Notes: generated by a model not told the origin, from the sequence alone. DNA of 63,644 nt, filler included, from Phoronis australis (GCA_002633005.1; 8 parts of 8 records of this genome joined end to end with filler, not necessarily neighbours in it), one strand, 5' to 3'; positions 1 through 13,859 are shown, counted from the first letter of the whole stretch. Made by a program: numbers and translations.

Positions 1-767
1 CGGCCGACGTTTTCTGAGTTCAAAAACTTATGTTTTCAATAATTGCAATGATCAACAAAACAAAACAAAACAAAATCATGCATTGGAAGGATTTCCGTAG
101 TCTGTTCTTATTAGCAAAATTATACATACATGTATTTTGACAATCAGTCCCGATCAAGTTATACTATTTTTAATTGAAGTGCCCACTGAAAGTTTGTCAG
201 CATTTAGAGATATATTTTGCATTCAACCTTCTTTGTGTCTCTGTTGACTGAAACAGATACATGACCATTATTTGCCTACGACCACAGGTTATGGGAACTC
301 ACCTTGGGGCAATTGAGGATTATATGCAGTGGCAATTTAGTATCTTTATTGATATGCAGATTTCTGTAGTTCGGGTCTGCAAGTGCATGTATTCGAGAAG
401 AGCAGAACAGAGGGTTTTTGTTTTATAATTCAGCAGGTAAGGCAGCTTTGAAGGTCACACATTCCAAAATTAACATTGCTAACAAAGCTATTAATCAGCG
501 CCAGAATATAGGGTACCCTGGCTGCAGTCTGGAATTGGAATGCATTTCTCAATTATACATGTAGGTTCTACCAGTCCTAGCGTACAAGTGTGAGTTCAGA
601 TAAATACTTACAGTAGTGTTCCCTTTAAATGTCTAGCTAGTGCAGTCCTTGAAAATAAACATGTAGGGTTAGACAAAAAGCGTAAAGAATAAACAAGGAC
701 AAATGTGATGAAACGAAGTATTGTAGAATTGATCGTAATAGTTGCTTTCTTTTGAACAACAATAACG

Positions 768-896
768 CAGGGTATAGGGGTTAAGGGGCCATTGCCCCCT
801 AAAATTCTTCCGCATTCCAATTGTCTGACTGGTAAAAACCTGGCTAATACACTGCCCTGCCTCCCCCACTAACTCAAAATATCGGACCCACCCCTG
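768..896 (-). mobile_element. Degenerate copy of the ~160-bp CAGTGGCGGA-ended MITE family
   Basis: Reverse complement shares attttgagttag and gtattagccag with the copies at 5408 and 19280. Confidence 0.6.
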
Positions 897-2879
897 TATA
901 TTTCACACGGCAAAACATTTTGAGCGTCTGTTAATCGAGCCCTTACTGCTTAAGTCCATTTATTGTGGGCAAACCAGGTATGAAATTTGGAGATCCCCAG
1001 TTGACTTGTTTGCAGAAGAAAACCCGATTCCAACAGGAATTAAGTCTTCCGGCATAGATTGCAGATGCTGCGTTTCGGACTACTCTTGTTTCTAAGTGGG
1101 ACCTATTTCCAGAAGTATTCAAGAGTCAGTTCCACAGACTCCTAGTTGTCTTATATATAGACGACACTTTAATTCTGACAGGAATTAAGACTAATGGGAT
1201 GGGTTACAGTTGCTGCTTTTCGATACGTGGGAACTTTTCTCATTTTTAACGACATCTATTTCCCATTCCTCTAGAGAGCGCCAATATGGAAAGTCGCATG
1301 TTACAACTTCCCTGAACAATTCATAACGACATGAGGAAATGCTAAATGTTGGTGACTATTTTTTTCTTTTGGAAAGCGTTTCCTCCGTTTGCGTGTACAA
1401 GTGTTTGGGTTTCCGTTCACGCCCACTGTAAGTTCACTATACATGTACATGTACATGTAGGTAGTCCCCCGTCGTTGCTGAAAAAACAGACATGTAACTA
1501 CCGTGTTTTCTTGCACTGAGAAAGCCTCGAGCACAGTGACAGATCTAGGATATCATAAGAGGGGGGTCCAATATTTTGTGTCGTCGACGATGGCACGTAG
1601 AGCACAACGAGGCTCTTAGCGGCGAATGGGGGGGGGGGGGGGGGGCNGGGAGGAGAGTTCCCCCATCTGACCAGGGGAAATTTTGTTTTCGCCTCTGAAA
1701 ACAATCATTTTCTTTTGATTTCTAGCGTATAATCAACCATTTCTTTGACCAGGTCGATATTTGGGACTAGCGCGGCCAAATCCCACGACCCAGATCTCAT
1801 TCTGGAATCCGACATCGCTGCGCAGCAAGTTTTCGACTCCATAAACTGCCCGAAATAAAAATGCCCTTTATTCTAGACTCTTACCTGCTTAACGTAGCCC
1901 AACATGTTTTTCCCGAAAGCGAACAGATACAGTATACGTAACCAGGCACATAATTTATGACGCATACTCAAATGACTTTTTAATACATGTATATGAAAAT
2001 ACTCTGTGAGTAATTACACCACCTCCTGTTAGAGGATTTTTAAATAAACAAATTAACAATTCATTTTTAAAGCACTTAAACAGTTTTACGGCGGTATCTC
2101 CACTTGTGATTTAAAAAGTAAAAACTCACGACTTCTTGGTCAGAGAGCACACACCTTTCCATTGCGCCACCACGGATCCGAATAAAACGAAACGCTAAGA
2201 CACATACTTGTTGATGGTCCACTCAGTTTGCATGCGAACCTGCCTCCCGTTCAGTAACGCTAGGACCTCGCTAAAAAGCAAGACTTCGCGAGATTACGTG
2301 AGATACTGCCGTGTATTTTAAATAAGAACACGTGACTTTGACTAGGTTTTAGCTAGGTCCTAGCGTAGGTTCTAGCGTCTGCTGAACGCAGGCCTGCTCT
2401 TCCGTGTAATGTTTATTCCACATTTTATATTTTGTGAAACCAGTTTGTAGCAAAAGGTGGTTTTAAACAGTCCACATTTCCAAACCGTCTCAATTTTAAC
2501 GTTTAACAAAGAGAGAATTGTGAGTTTCTGAGTGATTCACTGAGGCTTCGCTTAATATTTACATCTTACCATCAGCTTCTGTTTCTTCATCGTCACACAG
2601 CTTCCGTTTTCTTTGAAAAAAATAAAGGAATTCTCTTAATTGCACAGCGGAGCAGACGGAGTGGTAGTGCGCATCGCCACTGCCGGTCGTCTGGGATATC
2701 ACGCGCATATCGACCGGGATCGGCATTACTTAGGCATAGTTTCCGGTTGTCTGAATCAGACACTTGATATCGGGTCTGAACCCCCCCCCCCGCCCTGCAT
2801 ACACGCACACACAGACTGAAACTCCACGCATTGTCAAATCTTGTTTCGTCGGTATGATGTTAATTACCGGGGTTAATTT

Positions 2880-3255
2880 ATAAACTCAAATTTCCTCGCG
2901 CGTTTGTTTGTTATTTCAGCTTTACATGAACATATCGCATCAGTGGCCTTGTCATTTGTCAGGCGAAGGTGAACCCCGTGGGGTTTGTCAGGTTTTCGCT
3001 GGCTCCGAAATATTTTCCTTCGAACGTTTATTTTTTCATCGTCACCTTCACAAATTCCCACTTCACGAACGTACGATTGTCTATTGAAAACATCTGTTGT
3101 CATGTTCGTCGAAGCGTTTTCGGCTAATGCAAAAAAAACACTCATCGATTCCACCAGGAGTGTCGTTTAGCGACAGTATATTTGCCTCCGACATCTTGTT
3201 TGTTTGCTTGTCGGATGTCACGTAACTTTTCGCAAAACGGGCGATAGGTCAATTC
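2880..3255 (-). repeat. Dispersed repeat, partial inverted copy just upstream of the SDR start
   Basis: Reverse complement matches 43105-43440 (aattgacctatcgc, tgcgaaaagt.acgtga, gtgacgatgaaaaaataa, acctgacaaatgacaagg). Confidence 0.75.
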
Positions 3256-3360
3256 GTGGACATTACTGATCTTATCTGTACATGTACTTTGATTCGGTCA
3301 TTTGCCAACAAAACTTTGACCTTGTTATCAAGCGTGGGACTCCGTGTATGAATTGCAAAC

Positions 3361-3503
3361 ATGGAAGTTTTAAAAGTGTATGACAGCCGCTTTAAGCAGC
3401 CAGAGTTGGACTCTCCTCTGACCAAGTCCCGTTTTAACAACAAAGTTGTTATTGTGACAGGTGGCGCCTCTGGTATAGGCCGAGCAACAGCGGAGAGGTT
3501 TTG
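3361..3503 (+). CDS. Short-chain dehydrogenase/reductase (SDR), exon 1
   Basis: ATG at 3361 reads MEVLKVYDSRFKQPELDSPLTKSRFNNKVVIVTGGASGIGRATAERF, containing the classical SDR TGxxxGIG cofactor motif. It ends at a GTAAGT donor at 3504 (phase 2). Too short for the ORF track. Confidence 0.9.
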
Positions 3504-4977
3504 GTAAGTTCGCTGGGGAGCACACGGTCGATAACATTCTCAGTAGTAAAACGTAAGGAATGCCCGCTAGGACAAGAACGTCTGTTATCCATTGTGGCTT
3601 GCGAATACTTGTTTTCTATTCCTAGGCGTGTTAAGAGTTTGTTCTGCGGATTTAGGCATGTGAGCGAAACCCCGGCTCTAAGCACCTGGCTTGGGAAGGT
3701 TCTTCCTTTACCACTGTGAATATTGTGTTTGCATTGAAATCAACCTGCAACGCATAACGGTGAATTGCGCCCACGACTGCACCATAAAGGTTGTGCATGT
3801 AGAAGCATACATGTAGTGTCATAAAATGGCCATTAGATGCCGCAGAAAATGCCAGAATCCCTCATTGGAGAAGAGTCGTTGTCTCTCTAACACGCAACTA
3901 TTTTTGCAAAATATCCAAGAAACTCTCTGATGAACTCCGAAGATTCAGTGGCAAACATTCTCATCAGATACGAAGTTTGTCTATTTCCGCGTGACGTCAT
4001 CGTGTACACTAGAGCATATGATGCATATAGAGCTTTTGCAACGTATTTGGCAATTTTTTATTTCGAGTGAATCCATATACTTTCAATGGATGAAATCTGT
4101 GAACTTACGCACAAGCCCTTACGTCACTGGCGACACCTGGCTAAATTATCTGATGTAATTTCCGGCAAGTACATGTATGTCGTCTGCTAATCATGGTCGG
4201 CTGCTGTGTGGCCGGTTGTTTGGCCACACAGGCGAAATGTAAAGGCGTTAGCTTCCATACCATCCGAAGACCCCATAATCGGCTGTGGGGAGAATAGCTT
4301 AAATCTTGTGTCAACGTGAATGGCAGTTGTTTCATGTTCACTCATGAACTCCTGTCCTTACGAGGAACTACAGCCTATAGTCTAGTAAGCGAATTAACCG
4401 AATTACGCTTCGCTGGCCCTTATCAGACGGTTGGTCTCAGCAGAATGGGCACATTTTTGCCAGGATTTGGATCAGCGATTTCAACAAATTCACATCCGTG
4501 TACAAATACATATAAATAGAACGCTGGAAAAACCTTTAACACTAAATGAAGATTACGTTAATACTTCAGAAATAACCAAATGGACCAGTCAAAATCTATC
4601 TCGTAATTCAACAGCAGGTTACACACTCATTTCATGACGAATATATGCCGCAAAAAATCTCTCGACTGCATTCTATGAAAATGCAACCAACTTCTTTGAA
4701 AACAAGGAACAGGAACACCAGAGGGGTGTGAAGGTTGTTTTTATTCTTCAATGTTGAATTTTTGTAAGCGGCCACATGCTTTTTAAGTTTCCGCGTAAAG
4801 TCCTAACATTTCCAAACTTAAGCCCTTCAAACGAACGTTTGAATGACGAAAAAAAAGTCTTCAACCAGTTTTGTAAAGTCCTATGCCACCTGTAGGGTAC
4901 ATAATGAACAAATCCCACTCCTAATGTAACAAGAAAAAAAACCGCTTCAAGAAGGGGTGCGCTTATTATAGCCCAAA

Positions 4978-5137
4978 AGTGGTTGAAACCCGGTCTCCGA
5001 AACAGGTGAAATCGTAAGCTAGAGTTCATCAAATTTACTATCTGTGACGCATCTGTAACCCATGAGAGAGTTTCTACAAGACTACAGTGCATTGCTATCA
5101 AACTTTGTTGTTAACTTACGAACATTTTTCAGAAAAT
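4978..5137 (+). repeat. Dispersed repeat shared with 55988-56145
   Basis: Both copies contain ggttgaaacccggt...ttcatcaaattta...gtgcattgctatcaa. Confidence 0.75.
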
Positions 5138-5407
5138 CCCACTGCCAAAAATTACCGTGAATCAGGTTTCAAACTAATCAGCTTGGTTTAACTATATATT
5201 AATAAACCATAAAAATGGTTCCAAGTGATCAGTGCAATGGGCCCACATGCGCTGCCTTCGCACGTCTGGTAAAACGTGTATCATACAGCTCCTGATTTTA
5301 ACAAAGGTCTGTTTTTTAATTTTGGTCCGGTATAAATAACGCCACAGACCTGGAAATCCCGCGAAACACTTCTACCTTACAATTCTGACAATCCCTAGTC
5401 TCATTCA

Positions 5408-5564
5408 CAGGGGCGGATACAGGAATTTGAGTTAGGGGGGCCATGACAGAGTATTAGCCAGGATTTTGCCCGTTAGACATTGGCATCCCCTATCTTACAA
5501 ATGTAAACTGTGAGAATTTTATGGAGGGCATGGCCCCCTTGGCCCCCTTCTAAGTCCGCCACTG
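5408..5564 (+). mobile_element. ~160-bp MITE (hAT-like termini)
   Basis: Termini caggggcgga...tccgccactg. Similar copy at 19280-19441; partial copies at 18359 and 58077 run into gaps. Confidence 0.75.
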
Positions 5565-6674
5565 GTTCAGGGTTACTTCTGAATGCAGGAACAAGAACTG
5601 AAAGATAACGTTGGAGAACGGTAACATTCATATAAGGTGATACAACTGTCATCGGTAATGCCATTTCCTCTGTTTTCATCCAAGCTTCCCTGATGAAAAC
5701 TTGAATGAAGAGGAACGTCAGTACTTGAGTGAGCACGGTATACTGTGTGATTTATGTTGAATTATTCAACGGTTCTTTTAAGAACCATTTCACGCTATAC
5801 CAAAGGCTCATGCACAGTACAACCAGCGGCCCATTTTCTAAATGACAACTGAAGCTAATTTATAGCACACAATTAATCATAAACTTATTTGTCAAATACC
5901 GACTGAAATTTTTATTTCAACAAAACTTGATCCAAATCAAGGTGAAAGCAGGGTTTAAAGAATGCAAACTCGCAACCTAAATTATACAGCGACCTCGTTT
6001 GGCCAACTAGTCATGAACGAGTCGTTGCTATGGCAACAATCTTTGGCTATGGTAAAGATATTGCTAAGCCAAATACGGAAAGCACAATCTCCGGGACCTA
6101 TATGTGTCGTGTTGAGTTTACTCAATATAACAAGTTTTGTATTAGGACATTTTTATTAATTTAATTATTTTTTACCAAGTAATTATCTTCTTTAACACAA
6201 CGTCATGTTCTAATCGTCTGCTCAACATTTAGATTCAGATATTAAGTTGATAATGGATTTGGAATGCCATCAGAGTAGGGCATATTTCGAGAAAGATATT
6301 AATTGTCAGTATTGTGGTCTGTAGCTTAGGCGCTGGTGTTGATTCATTGTCGAGAACAACTTGACTTCTGAATATCCTAGAAGCTAAATGTTTTAGTTGA
6401 CGTCCACTGCCAATGTCCCCTGGACTTAAAGAAGTGGAGCAAAAGGGCCTGATGCATCAATTTACAAACGTTGACTACACTTGATTGACTTCGGGTCAAC
6501 CGACTAAAACTTCTGATTGGTCTGTAAACCTGATAACGTCATCGAAAGCAAACCTTACAGCTGAACAATCCGTTGAAATCAACATGGTCAACCAATGCAG
6601 CCAACGAGTTATTAATAACACGTGGACTGGTTAGCAATTCTATGATTAATAAAGTTGCTCTCACCAATCTTCAG

Positions 6675-6895
6675 TAACGACGGCGCTTATGTTGCCATAT
6701 TTGACACCAATAAGGCTTGGGGTACCCACCTGCAAGAAGAACTCCTGTCACAGGGCAAGAAAGCGAAATTTTATACTGTTGACGTCACCGACGAGGGCCG
6801 GTGTGCTGAGAGCGTCCAAGCAGTTGCAGACGACAACGACGGAGCCGTGAACTACTTGGTTAACAGCGCCGCCTACTTCGGAGGCCTGAACACTC
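6675..6895 (+). CDS. SDR exon 2
   Basis: A TTCAG acceptor precedes 6675, in phase with exon 1. Reads NDGAYVAIFD...FYTVDVTDE...VNYLVNSAAYFG (the DV and NNAG-like motifs of SDRs). GTAAG donor at 6896. Confidence 0.88.
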
Positions 6896-7543
6896 GTAAG
6901 CAACGTCAACTCCTTCTGCACACAAACTTACCCTTGAACAAATTGCTTCTGCGCACTCACGCAGTTACATATGTACAGTACATACAGTAGTACGCACTGA
7001 ACATTAACACCCCGGTGTATTCACATCAGTTTTTCATTGACATGCGCACAGCGGAAACCTCTTGCTTCCCCTAGTTACGGGGTATGTATGTGTTGAGGCT
7101 CCTCTCAAAATGGGACATGTAGCACTGGTGCAAAACGTTCTAGGGCAAGCCTGTGTGTGGACGGGATTCTAGAAGAAACGAGGACACGAACTTTGGTTTC
7201 CAACACAGGCCTAGGCTTCGTTACACTCTTTATTAGCTTGATGTTAATTACTAAATAAACATGCATCCCAGTTAACCATCAGGTTATAGCACGTACACTC
7301 TAGTCTTATTATCCGATAGGGTGCACTTCTGATATTAAACTGGCACTAAACCCTGTTTTAGGAATGAAACTGTTCTAACACTAAGTATGAAAAGCGTTCC
7401 ACCGACTTAGTTCCTAACGAGAAAATCAGATTTATCAAAGTAATTGTCTTGATGCAAAGTAATTGTCTTGGTATAATTCAATTAACTACATTGTACATGT
7501 ACGCCGCTATACGGTGGACACATCTAAACATTCTATTTTGCAG

Positions 7544-7645
7544 CCTTTCTACAGACAAGCAGCGACACCTTGCGAAAATCGTTAGAAGTAAACGTAATTG
7601 GTGTATCTAATATGGTGAAAGCTTGTATGCCGTACATGACCAAAG
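7544..7645 (+). CDS. SDR exon 3 (later exons with YxxxK not located)
   Basis: TTTTGCAG acceptor, phase 1 matching exon 2. Reads PFLQTSSDTLRKSLEVNVIGVSNMVKACMPYMTK (SDR helix with the VN.G motif). GTAGT donor at 7646. Confidence 0.8.
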
Positions 7646-7716
7646 GTAGTATTAAGGAACCTGTCTAAAATGCTACTAGCACACTATTCAGATATTTTAC
7701 ACAAAAGGAGCAATAA

Positions 7717-7806
7717 CATGGGCGGCGCCCATGGTCCATGGGCGGTTCGCCAGGGGGTGGGGTGGGGCTATAGCCCCCCAGTTTCTTCAGTGCTGCACCG
7801 CCCATG
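7717..7806. mobile_element. 90-bp MITE
   Basis: Perfect TIR catgggcgg/ccgcccatg with flanks AATAA and AGTAA. Confidence 0.65.
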
Positions 7807-10020
7807 AGTAATTCGATGAAACAATCTCCGTTATTGGAACGTTACGATAACAAGCGTGAAAACGAAGAGCCGAGACTGACCCCTTCGACATTTTTCCAGT
7901 GCAGTGAAAGCAGTGTCGAATGATACATGTACTACTTTCAACTACCACTCGCCGATTGCCTTGTTGTCTTACTGTGACGTAATGCGCGATAACGTGACAG
8001 TATATACAAAATGCATTTCAGAGCTATGTAATCGTACCTTAATTAGAGTTAATGAACTCCAACGGCTATAATGCAGTGGAATTGACGTCGATGCAAACGT
8101 ATCTACGTGTACACATACAAACCCACGTTCGCGCAAAAAGCGACTTTCTTATTCAGACGTCTTGCCACTAAAAATTTGTTCTCAAGGTGTTCGTCCAGTT
8201 CTTAATTGTGACGTTGTTTCAGGATTTTCTAGAACAGCAAACAGATTGTTATTGCCTGAGACCATGCTCCGGGGATAAAATTACACTGTCTGAGAAAGCA
8301 ACATATGGGGCCTTGTTTCACTAACGATAACCAACTGCCAACTCTTTCAAAGTCACGTGCCCGGTTGCATGAACTAGGGACTCTCAACTAAGGTCCCTAA
8401 ATCTACTGCGTACTCATAGATTTGTGAAAGGACTGATTCTCCTTTTGTGCGCTGTTTTCGTTTCATTGATTGTTCAATGTTTTGCTTTCGTACAAATCTT
8501 GAGTGAACTCTATGTAGAATTCTCAATATTATTGAACATAAATAGGGGTCTCTAATATTTAAGGACTAAGTTCCTAATGGTTTTCAGTGAACTAAGGGCT
8601 CGGTTTTTCTAGAAATGTCGTTAGTCAAAGACAAGCTCTGGATAAAGACATAGTTTACATGTAATGGCAGAAAGATACTAGATTTATGAGCAAAAGGACC
8701 TCACCCTCTGCAGGCATTTCTAACGCGTTGGGCAAGTTTACCGACAACCGTGGACAAGGCCGCCAACCACAGAATTCTTCTTGTGTTAAAGGTTACTTGG
8801 GATTCTACGATGTAAAAACATGTCCACATTTGACTTTGAACCATTACATCTCAGACATTTAAGCAGACTCCAATGAAACATTCAGATAAGATGATTTATG
8901 CATGATTCTCGAAACTTAAGGAATCTTTTTAAATGATCTGGTTTATGCAAGAAGGGTATCAAAAGTAGGAATTCGATGGTTTTGCCGAACAATTGGATAG
9001 TATCAATCCAAGGTGATAAATTAGAAAACAAAAACAGAGTTTTTGTGATTGAACATTCGTATCTAATTATCAAATGAAATTTAGTCATTTTATTGAGTGC
9101 GTATTGCAATTACTCTGAGCAACAGTCCTAGTTACATGTACATGTACATGTATGACTACACTTTTTAACAATAATTTACATCAGATAGTGTAGCACGTGC
9201 CACAATAGCAGATTACTAAAAAGTTGAAACTCAAAGTTTATAAGCTGTTTCTGAAATATATACTTCTACTGAATTAAGTTTTATACCTTTGTAGATATTT
9301 CGTTGAATGCACAGATTTTCCAATAAGCTCATCCAAAACCTTTAGAGCATATTCTTGTCTTGCATGTACGGGTACCCAACCGCATAGTACATGTAACAGT
9401 AAGAGGCAGTACCAGGTTTGGGCGAAATCACCAAATGGTGTCAAGTACAGTGTAACTTGGTCTACAATTGTTTTTTCCGCCTTAAGATATTATTGCGACT
9501 ACATACCTGGTGAGCATGCATTGTCAATTTTTAATACACTTTTGGTCAAACAAAAATGCAAGATGTGATATTTGTCAGTGTACACGCAATACTCGTGACA
9601 TTATATCAAACGTGCGGGTTAATATTTTATTTCAAAATACCTAAAACGGCTTTTGCAAGAGTTTATGTATCATATGCCTCATTTTATAATACTATATATA
9701 CGGTTATTTGTATTAAAGGCCTCTGGCCCAAAGTGCAATAAACAAAAAATTTATCAGGCAAATTTGCACACGCGGTCAACCCATTTTATAATACGCAACC
9801 AATGTTTCTTCTGTTAGTGTAAAACATATGTTGACTTCTTTTGTAGAATAACCTCAAACTGCTTGCTTAGCCACGCATTTCTAATCGGCTTCTTTGATTT
9901 CCAGGAAAACTGGACGCCTGTGTTGTAAACGTCAACAGCATTCGCGCCCATGCTGCAGGGCCCAACACGTCATCGTACAGTACCTCGAAGGCAGCCCTGG
10001 GCATGCTCACAAAATGCATG

Positions 10021-11600
10021 CAGGCCCGTAGGAAGGTAAAAATTATTGGGGGGGCACCGACCCTGGTCGATACGTAACTTCTAATTTCGAAACCACTGCG
10101 TTGCACTGGGGTGTATATATCAACGCTGTATTTTATTCAACTGTGCGTCACGTTTGGGAGATTTTTTATCAGTTTGGTAATTTCGTACGTGGTGTCTAAA
10201 GCATCTGCCATCAGCTTGCATCGTTTGATACTATCTGACCAGGCAAGATTCAACGCGTGGCCATAACAATGTGTGTACAGGGCGCGATGTTCTTCCTGTT
10301 TAATGTTGACAACGACTCCATTTTTGGACCCACTCATTGTGCTGCAACCATCATGCTTAAAGACAAGTTCATCCGCAACAGCGTGTCTTTTAGAAGTGAC
10401 GTAATTGTTTGGGCATCCATCAATTCCAAGCGGCGAAATCCGATGTAATCTTCATGGGGTTGTAATGATTCGTCTACCCATCGGATACAAACGACGAGTT
10501 GTTCGCTATTAGACACGTCAGTAGTTTCGTCTGCCAGTATACTAAAATAAGGACTGCCGCGAATGCACGACGCTATTTCTCGGGGAACCAATGTTTTAAA
10601 GCCATCAGTTTGATCGCTTCATTTTGAATATCTGGAGACGTACATTTATTTGTTTTCTGCGACAACCATGATTTCAAAATATCTTTGTTTCTTTGAGATG
10701 GAGTAGTTGAATAAAATTGGAATCTAGTTCATCTCCGTCACCCCTAAACGGTATACCTTGTCTTGCCAAAAAACGTATGTTTGTTAATATTTTCAGGAAC
10801 ATTCTGCGGTTTTTCGCTTTTTGCTCTCCGTGGGCTGTTGATAGTTGTTCCGCAACATCTTTGACAGACAACTTCACTATCAGTGTGCGTTCCATTGCTT
10901 CTTTATGGCACTCAGATTTCTCATGCTTCGTAAAGCCAGACGTCTTGTCAGTAGCCTTTTTCCAGTTGGTATAACCGGTAACAACAAATGATAGCTCTTG
11001 TTTTGCTGAAGACAGCAAACCCATGTGGTAAGCTTTTGCACATATGTTACACAACACCTTATCTTCCCCCTCAATATAATGCAGCCACGGCCATGAGATA
11101 AACCACTGTTTTTGAAATTGACGATTTTTCTTGCCAAAAGGTCGTTTTGGAAAGACGTGATTTAAAGGTTGGTGTGGATGCTCGGGAATGTCGTGTAAAC
11201 CACGTTTTTCTTGCATGGTGTGAGCCGACTGAGAAGAACTGTTTTGGTGAGTGTGGGAGTTTTCACTTGGTGCTGAAGAGCTACAATAAAGCTCCTGTGA
11301 CTGGCTCGATGGTTCTAAATTCGTATCTGTACCAGATTTGTGAGTCCCAGCGTTCACCACAAGTGGCTCTGTGTGCAATGTGGCTTCTTCAGAAGTGCTG
11401 TTTGCTAACTGCGTAGGACAGCTACTGTGGGACTCCAGGACGTCCGATAGTTCTGTGTTTGACGTTTCAGTTACTTTTTAAATTCCAAGCTGAAGCACCT
11501 CCAGGTTTAGTGCGCGATGCGCCGCCTATTAAGTGAGTTTCGAGCGTGAGTGAGTTACTGGTTACAGGTAGGGATTTACCTTAAAGAAGGCACCTATTTT
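10021..11600 (-). mobile_element. Degraded hAT transposon, ZMYM1/DUF4371-type transposase, 3'-deleted
   Basis: Frameshifted ORFs 10674-11378 (TTF zinc finger WPWLHY...CNIC...YTNWKKA...HEKSECH; FLARQGIPFRG, SNFIQLL), 10334-10591 (FSILADETTDVSNSEQLVVCIRWV) and 10137-10337 (MSG..NGV, YTHCYGHALNL). Putative terminus caggcccgtag at 10021. Confidence 0.9.
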
Positions 11601-11726
11601 TCTTTGGTGACTGGAAGCGTGCTGCTTCTTTGCTCTTGAACATTCCTGAGAATCGTCGCAAAATCTTTTTTTATTCATTTGACACTCAGGTACAGGGCGT
11701 GTGTTTTTTATTCTAACTGCTACGAN

Positions 11727-12162
11727 CGGTTGTCAAGATTTCCATCTCTAGACCACAAGAAAATCGCATATTTGTTGCATGAAGCATTTCCTAATACACG
11801 TGCTAAGATCTCCCCATGAAGGGAATGAACACTTTTTCCTACGTCGGGATATACACTTGTTACTGGCATTTTCAATACAGACGACAGACCCGGCATGACA
11901 GCCATGAGACCACTCCAATTCCCAACGTGGCACAGATGCTTTGCCTCTCTTACAATGGCTGCTTCATTATCATCGTTTACAGTGTCTCCAAGACCGTCCT
12001 CCTGAGACATTACCACAGTGAATAATGTTTGAAAATCCGAAGATATAGAGTTTTCTTTCTGAGTAGCAGCAATAACGTGTGGGTGCCTTGCATAAAAGTC
12101 AGAGTGAATGAAGAGCTCGGCTGCAGTCAGCAGCCTTAATGTCAGGCGGAGGGATTCGTCAC
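11727..12162 (-). pseudogene. Vertnin-like/OTU-like protease-domain exon upstream of the hAT transposase
   Basis: After a minus-strand acceptor the frame reads GDESLRLTLRLLTAAELFIHSDFYARHP...REAKHLCHVGNWSGLMAVMPGLSSVLKMPVTSVYP...FLWSRDGNLDN, matching the vertnin-family pattern (LR..T..E; LSSVL...I.S.YP). Cut by the 'n' join at 11726. Confidence 0.6.
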
Positions 12163-13052
12163 CTATAAACAGAAATTAAGCAACTGCAAGGTTGTGTCAA
12201 GAGATTACTTGCCTTTATAAAATAAGGGCATGCGATCCTTTAGATAGGTTTTGAAATTCTGTGTAATGACAAGAAATTCGTAAATGGGCCTTATTCCAGG
12301 AATGAGTTTATAGACATAATTTCGACTTTCCGAAATGGCACTTTTAGTGAATGCCAATGGATTTTTTCCCATTTCACGTCCCCAACTTCATGGCAAATGC
12401 CCAAAATGCGTTCATACACAGAACAAAGTACGGGATGATAGCTGTTTCAAAGGGACAAGCCACATACATGTAACCGCCGTCGCGAACCTAACATTACTAT
12501 TTGCACAATTTCAGGTTAGTTTTCTGCTAGGAAACCGGAAACTTGTCGCAATTTTTTATAATCTAAGTTTTGCATTTTGTGCTTTTAAAGTTATGTAGAA
12601 CCTAATAAGAGTTCCAATTTTTTCCAAATTCAAAAATGTATTGAATTTGCATCGAACTTTCAAATTCCGATACACTATTCTCGAACACGCTGTTAGGAAT
12701 TTTTCTTAAAATGTTCGAGTTTTGCATGAGGGCTAATCAAAATAGTGCTTCAGATTTTTATGAAAACGTTTTAAAGTTGCATAAAACGAAAACGAAACGA
12801 TATTTTAGAAAATTGTAACAGCGTTTTTGAGATTTTATCTTAAACAATTATACTACACATGCTATTGACGCCGTTGTTTTGTTTGATTAACAGAATGTAC
12901 CTTATTAATTTGCTAAATTTTCCTATAAGTTAATGTCAAGCAACCTATTTAGTTGCCGACTGGTATGAAATCAAAAATCAAATTCTACGGAATTACTACT
13001 TTCCAAAAATATACTTTTGCTGGGCTAAGTTGTATACAATTTAGTATATAAT

Positions 13053-13152
13053 NNNNNNNNNNNNNNNNNNNNNNNNNNNNNNNNNNNNNNNNNNNNTTAA
13101 TTAATTAANNNNNNNNNNNNNNNNNNNNNNNNNNNNNNNNNNNNNNNNNNNN
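13053..13152. other. Assembly gap spacer (44 N + TTAATTAATTAA + 44 N)
   Basis: Same 100-nt spacer at 18411, 33224, 36027, 38530, 55667 and 58180. Confidence 0.97.
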
Positions 13153-13859
13153 TTTTTAGCTGACCCTAAGACAAAAGGTAGTTGCCCTGATTCATTGATG
13201 GAGGGGACTGTTTTGTATGTAGTCGTGAGACCTGTTCTCCCAATCTGAATCCTATCGGCACCCACATACCATTAATCAAACTAGACAATGACAATGGGGC
13301 AAACCAACTTGAAAAGCAGTGTTGCCACTCAAAAGGTCGCCCATATTTTAAATATTACAGTATACATTAAAACTTCTTGATATGCTATATGGGCAATCAC
13401 CAATCCAATGGTATTCTCTCTTTACTCTATAGAAACTTTACCAGGCGGTTCCTACCCAAGTCGACTCGTAACCAAGCCATGTACCATAATTCATTTATAA
13501 ATAATGGCAACATTGGGTCAATGTACATCGACATGAAATGGTTGTTTCCATTTCAAGCTTCGCCTTACAAAATAAAACTGTTTTGGAACTCATGTGTAGA
13601 TTGATATAGGTCCGAGTACGAAAATGAAATGACTTGTTCTATAACCTATAGAATTATGCCCTCCCCCAGCACCAACGTGAGAAAGTCTAAATTATAAAAT
13701 TGCAATTCTTTCACCCTCTTCTTTACAATTCACAGTCGATTATTCCAAAGTTGTACTCATTCATTCCCTTGCATACATTTATTCACTCACTAGTAACACC
13801 CCGCTCAGTCTCGGAGAAGTAAGAGACAATTTTGTTCAATACTCAATTGCATGCCAGTG

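Noticed and set aside
8305-8640. Imperfect nested inverted repeats suggesting old MITEs
   Set aside because: Termini too degenerate to define boundaries or TSDs by eye.
9867-10020. HFVSMPRAAFEVLYDDVLGP resembling a Harbinger transposase N-terminus
   Set aside because: Too short, with no further motifs to support it.
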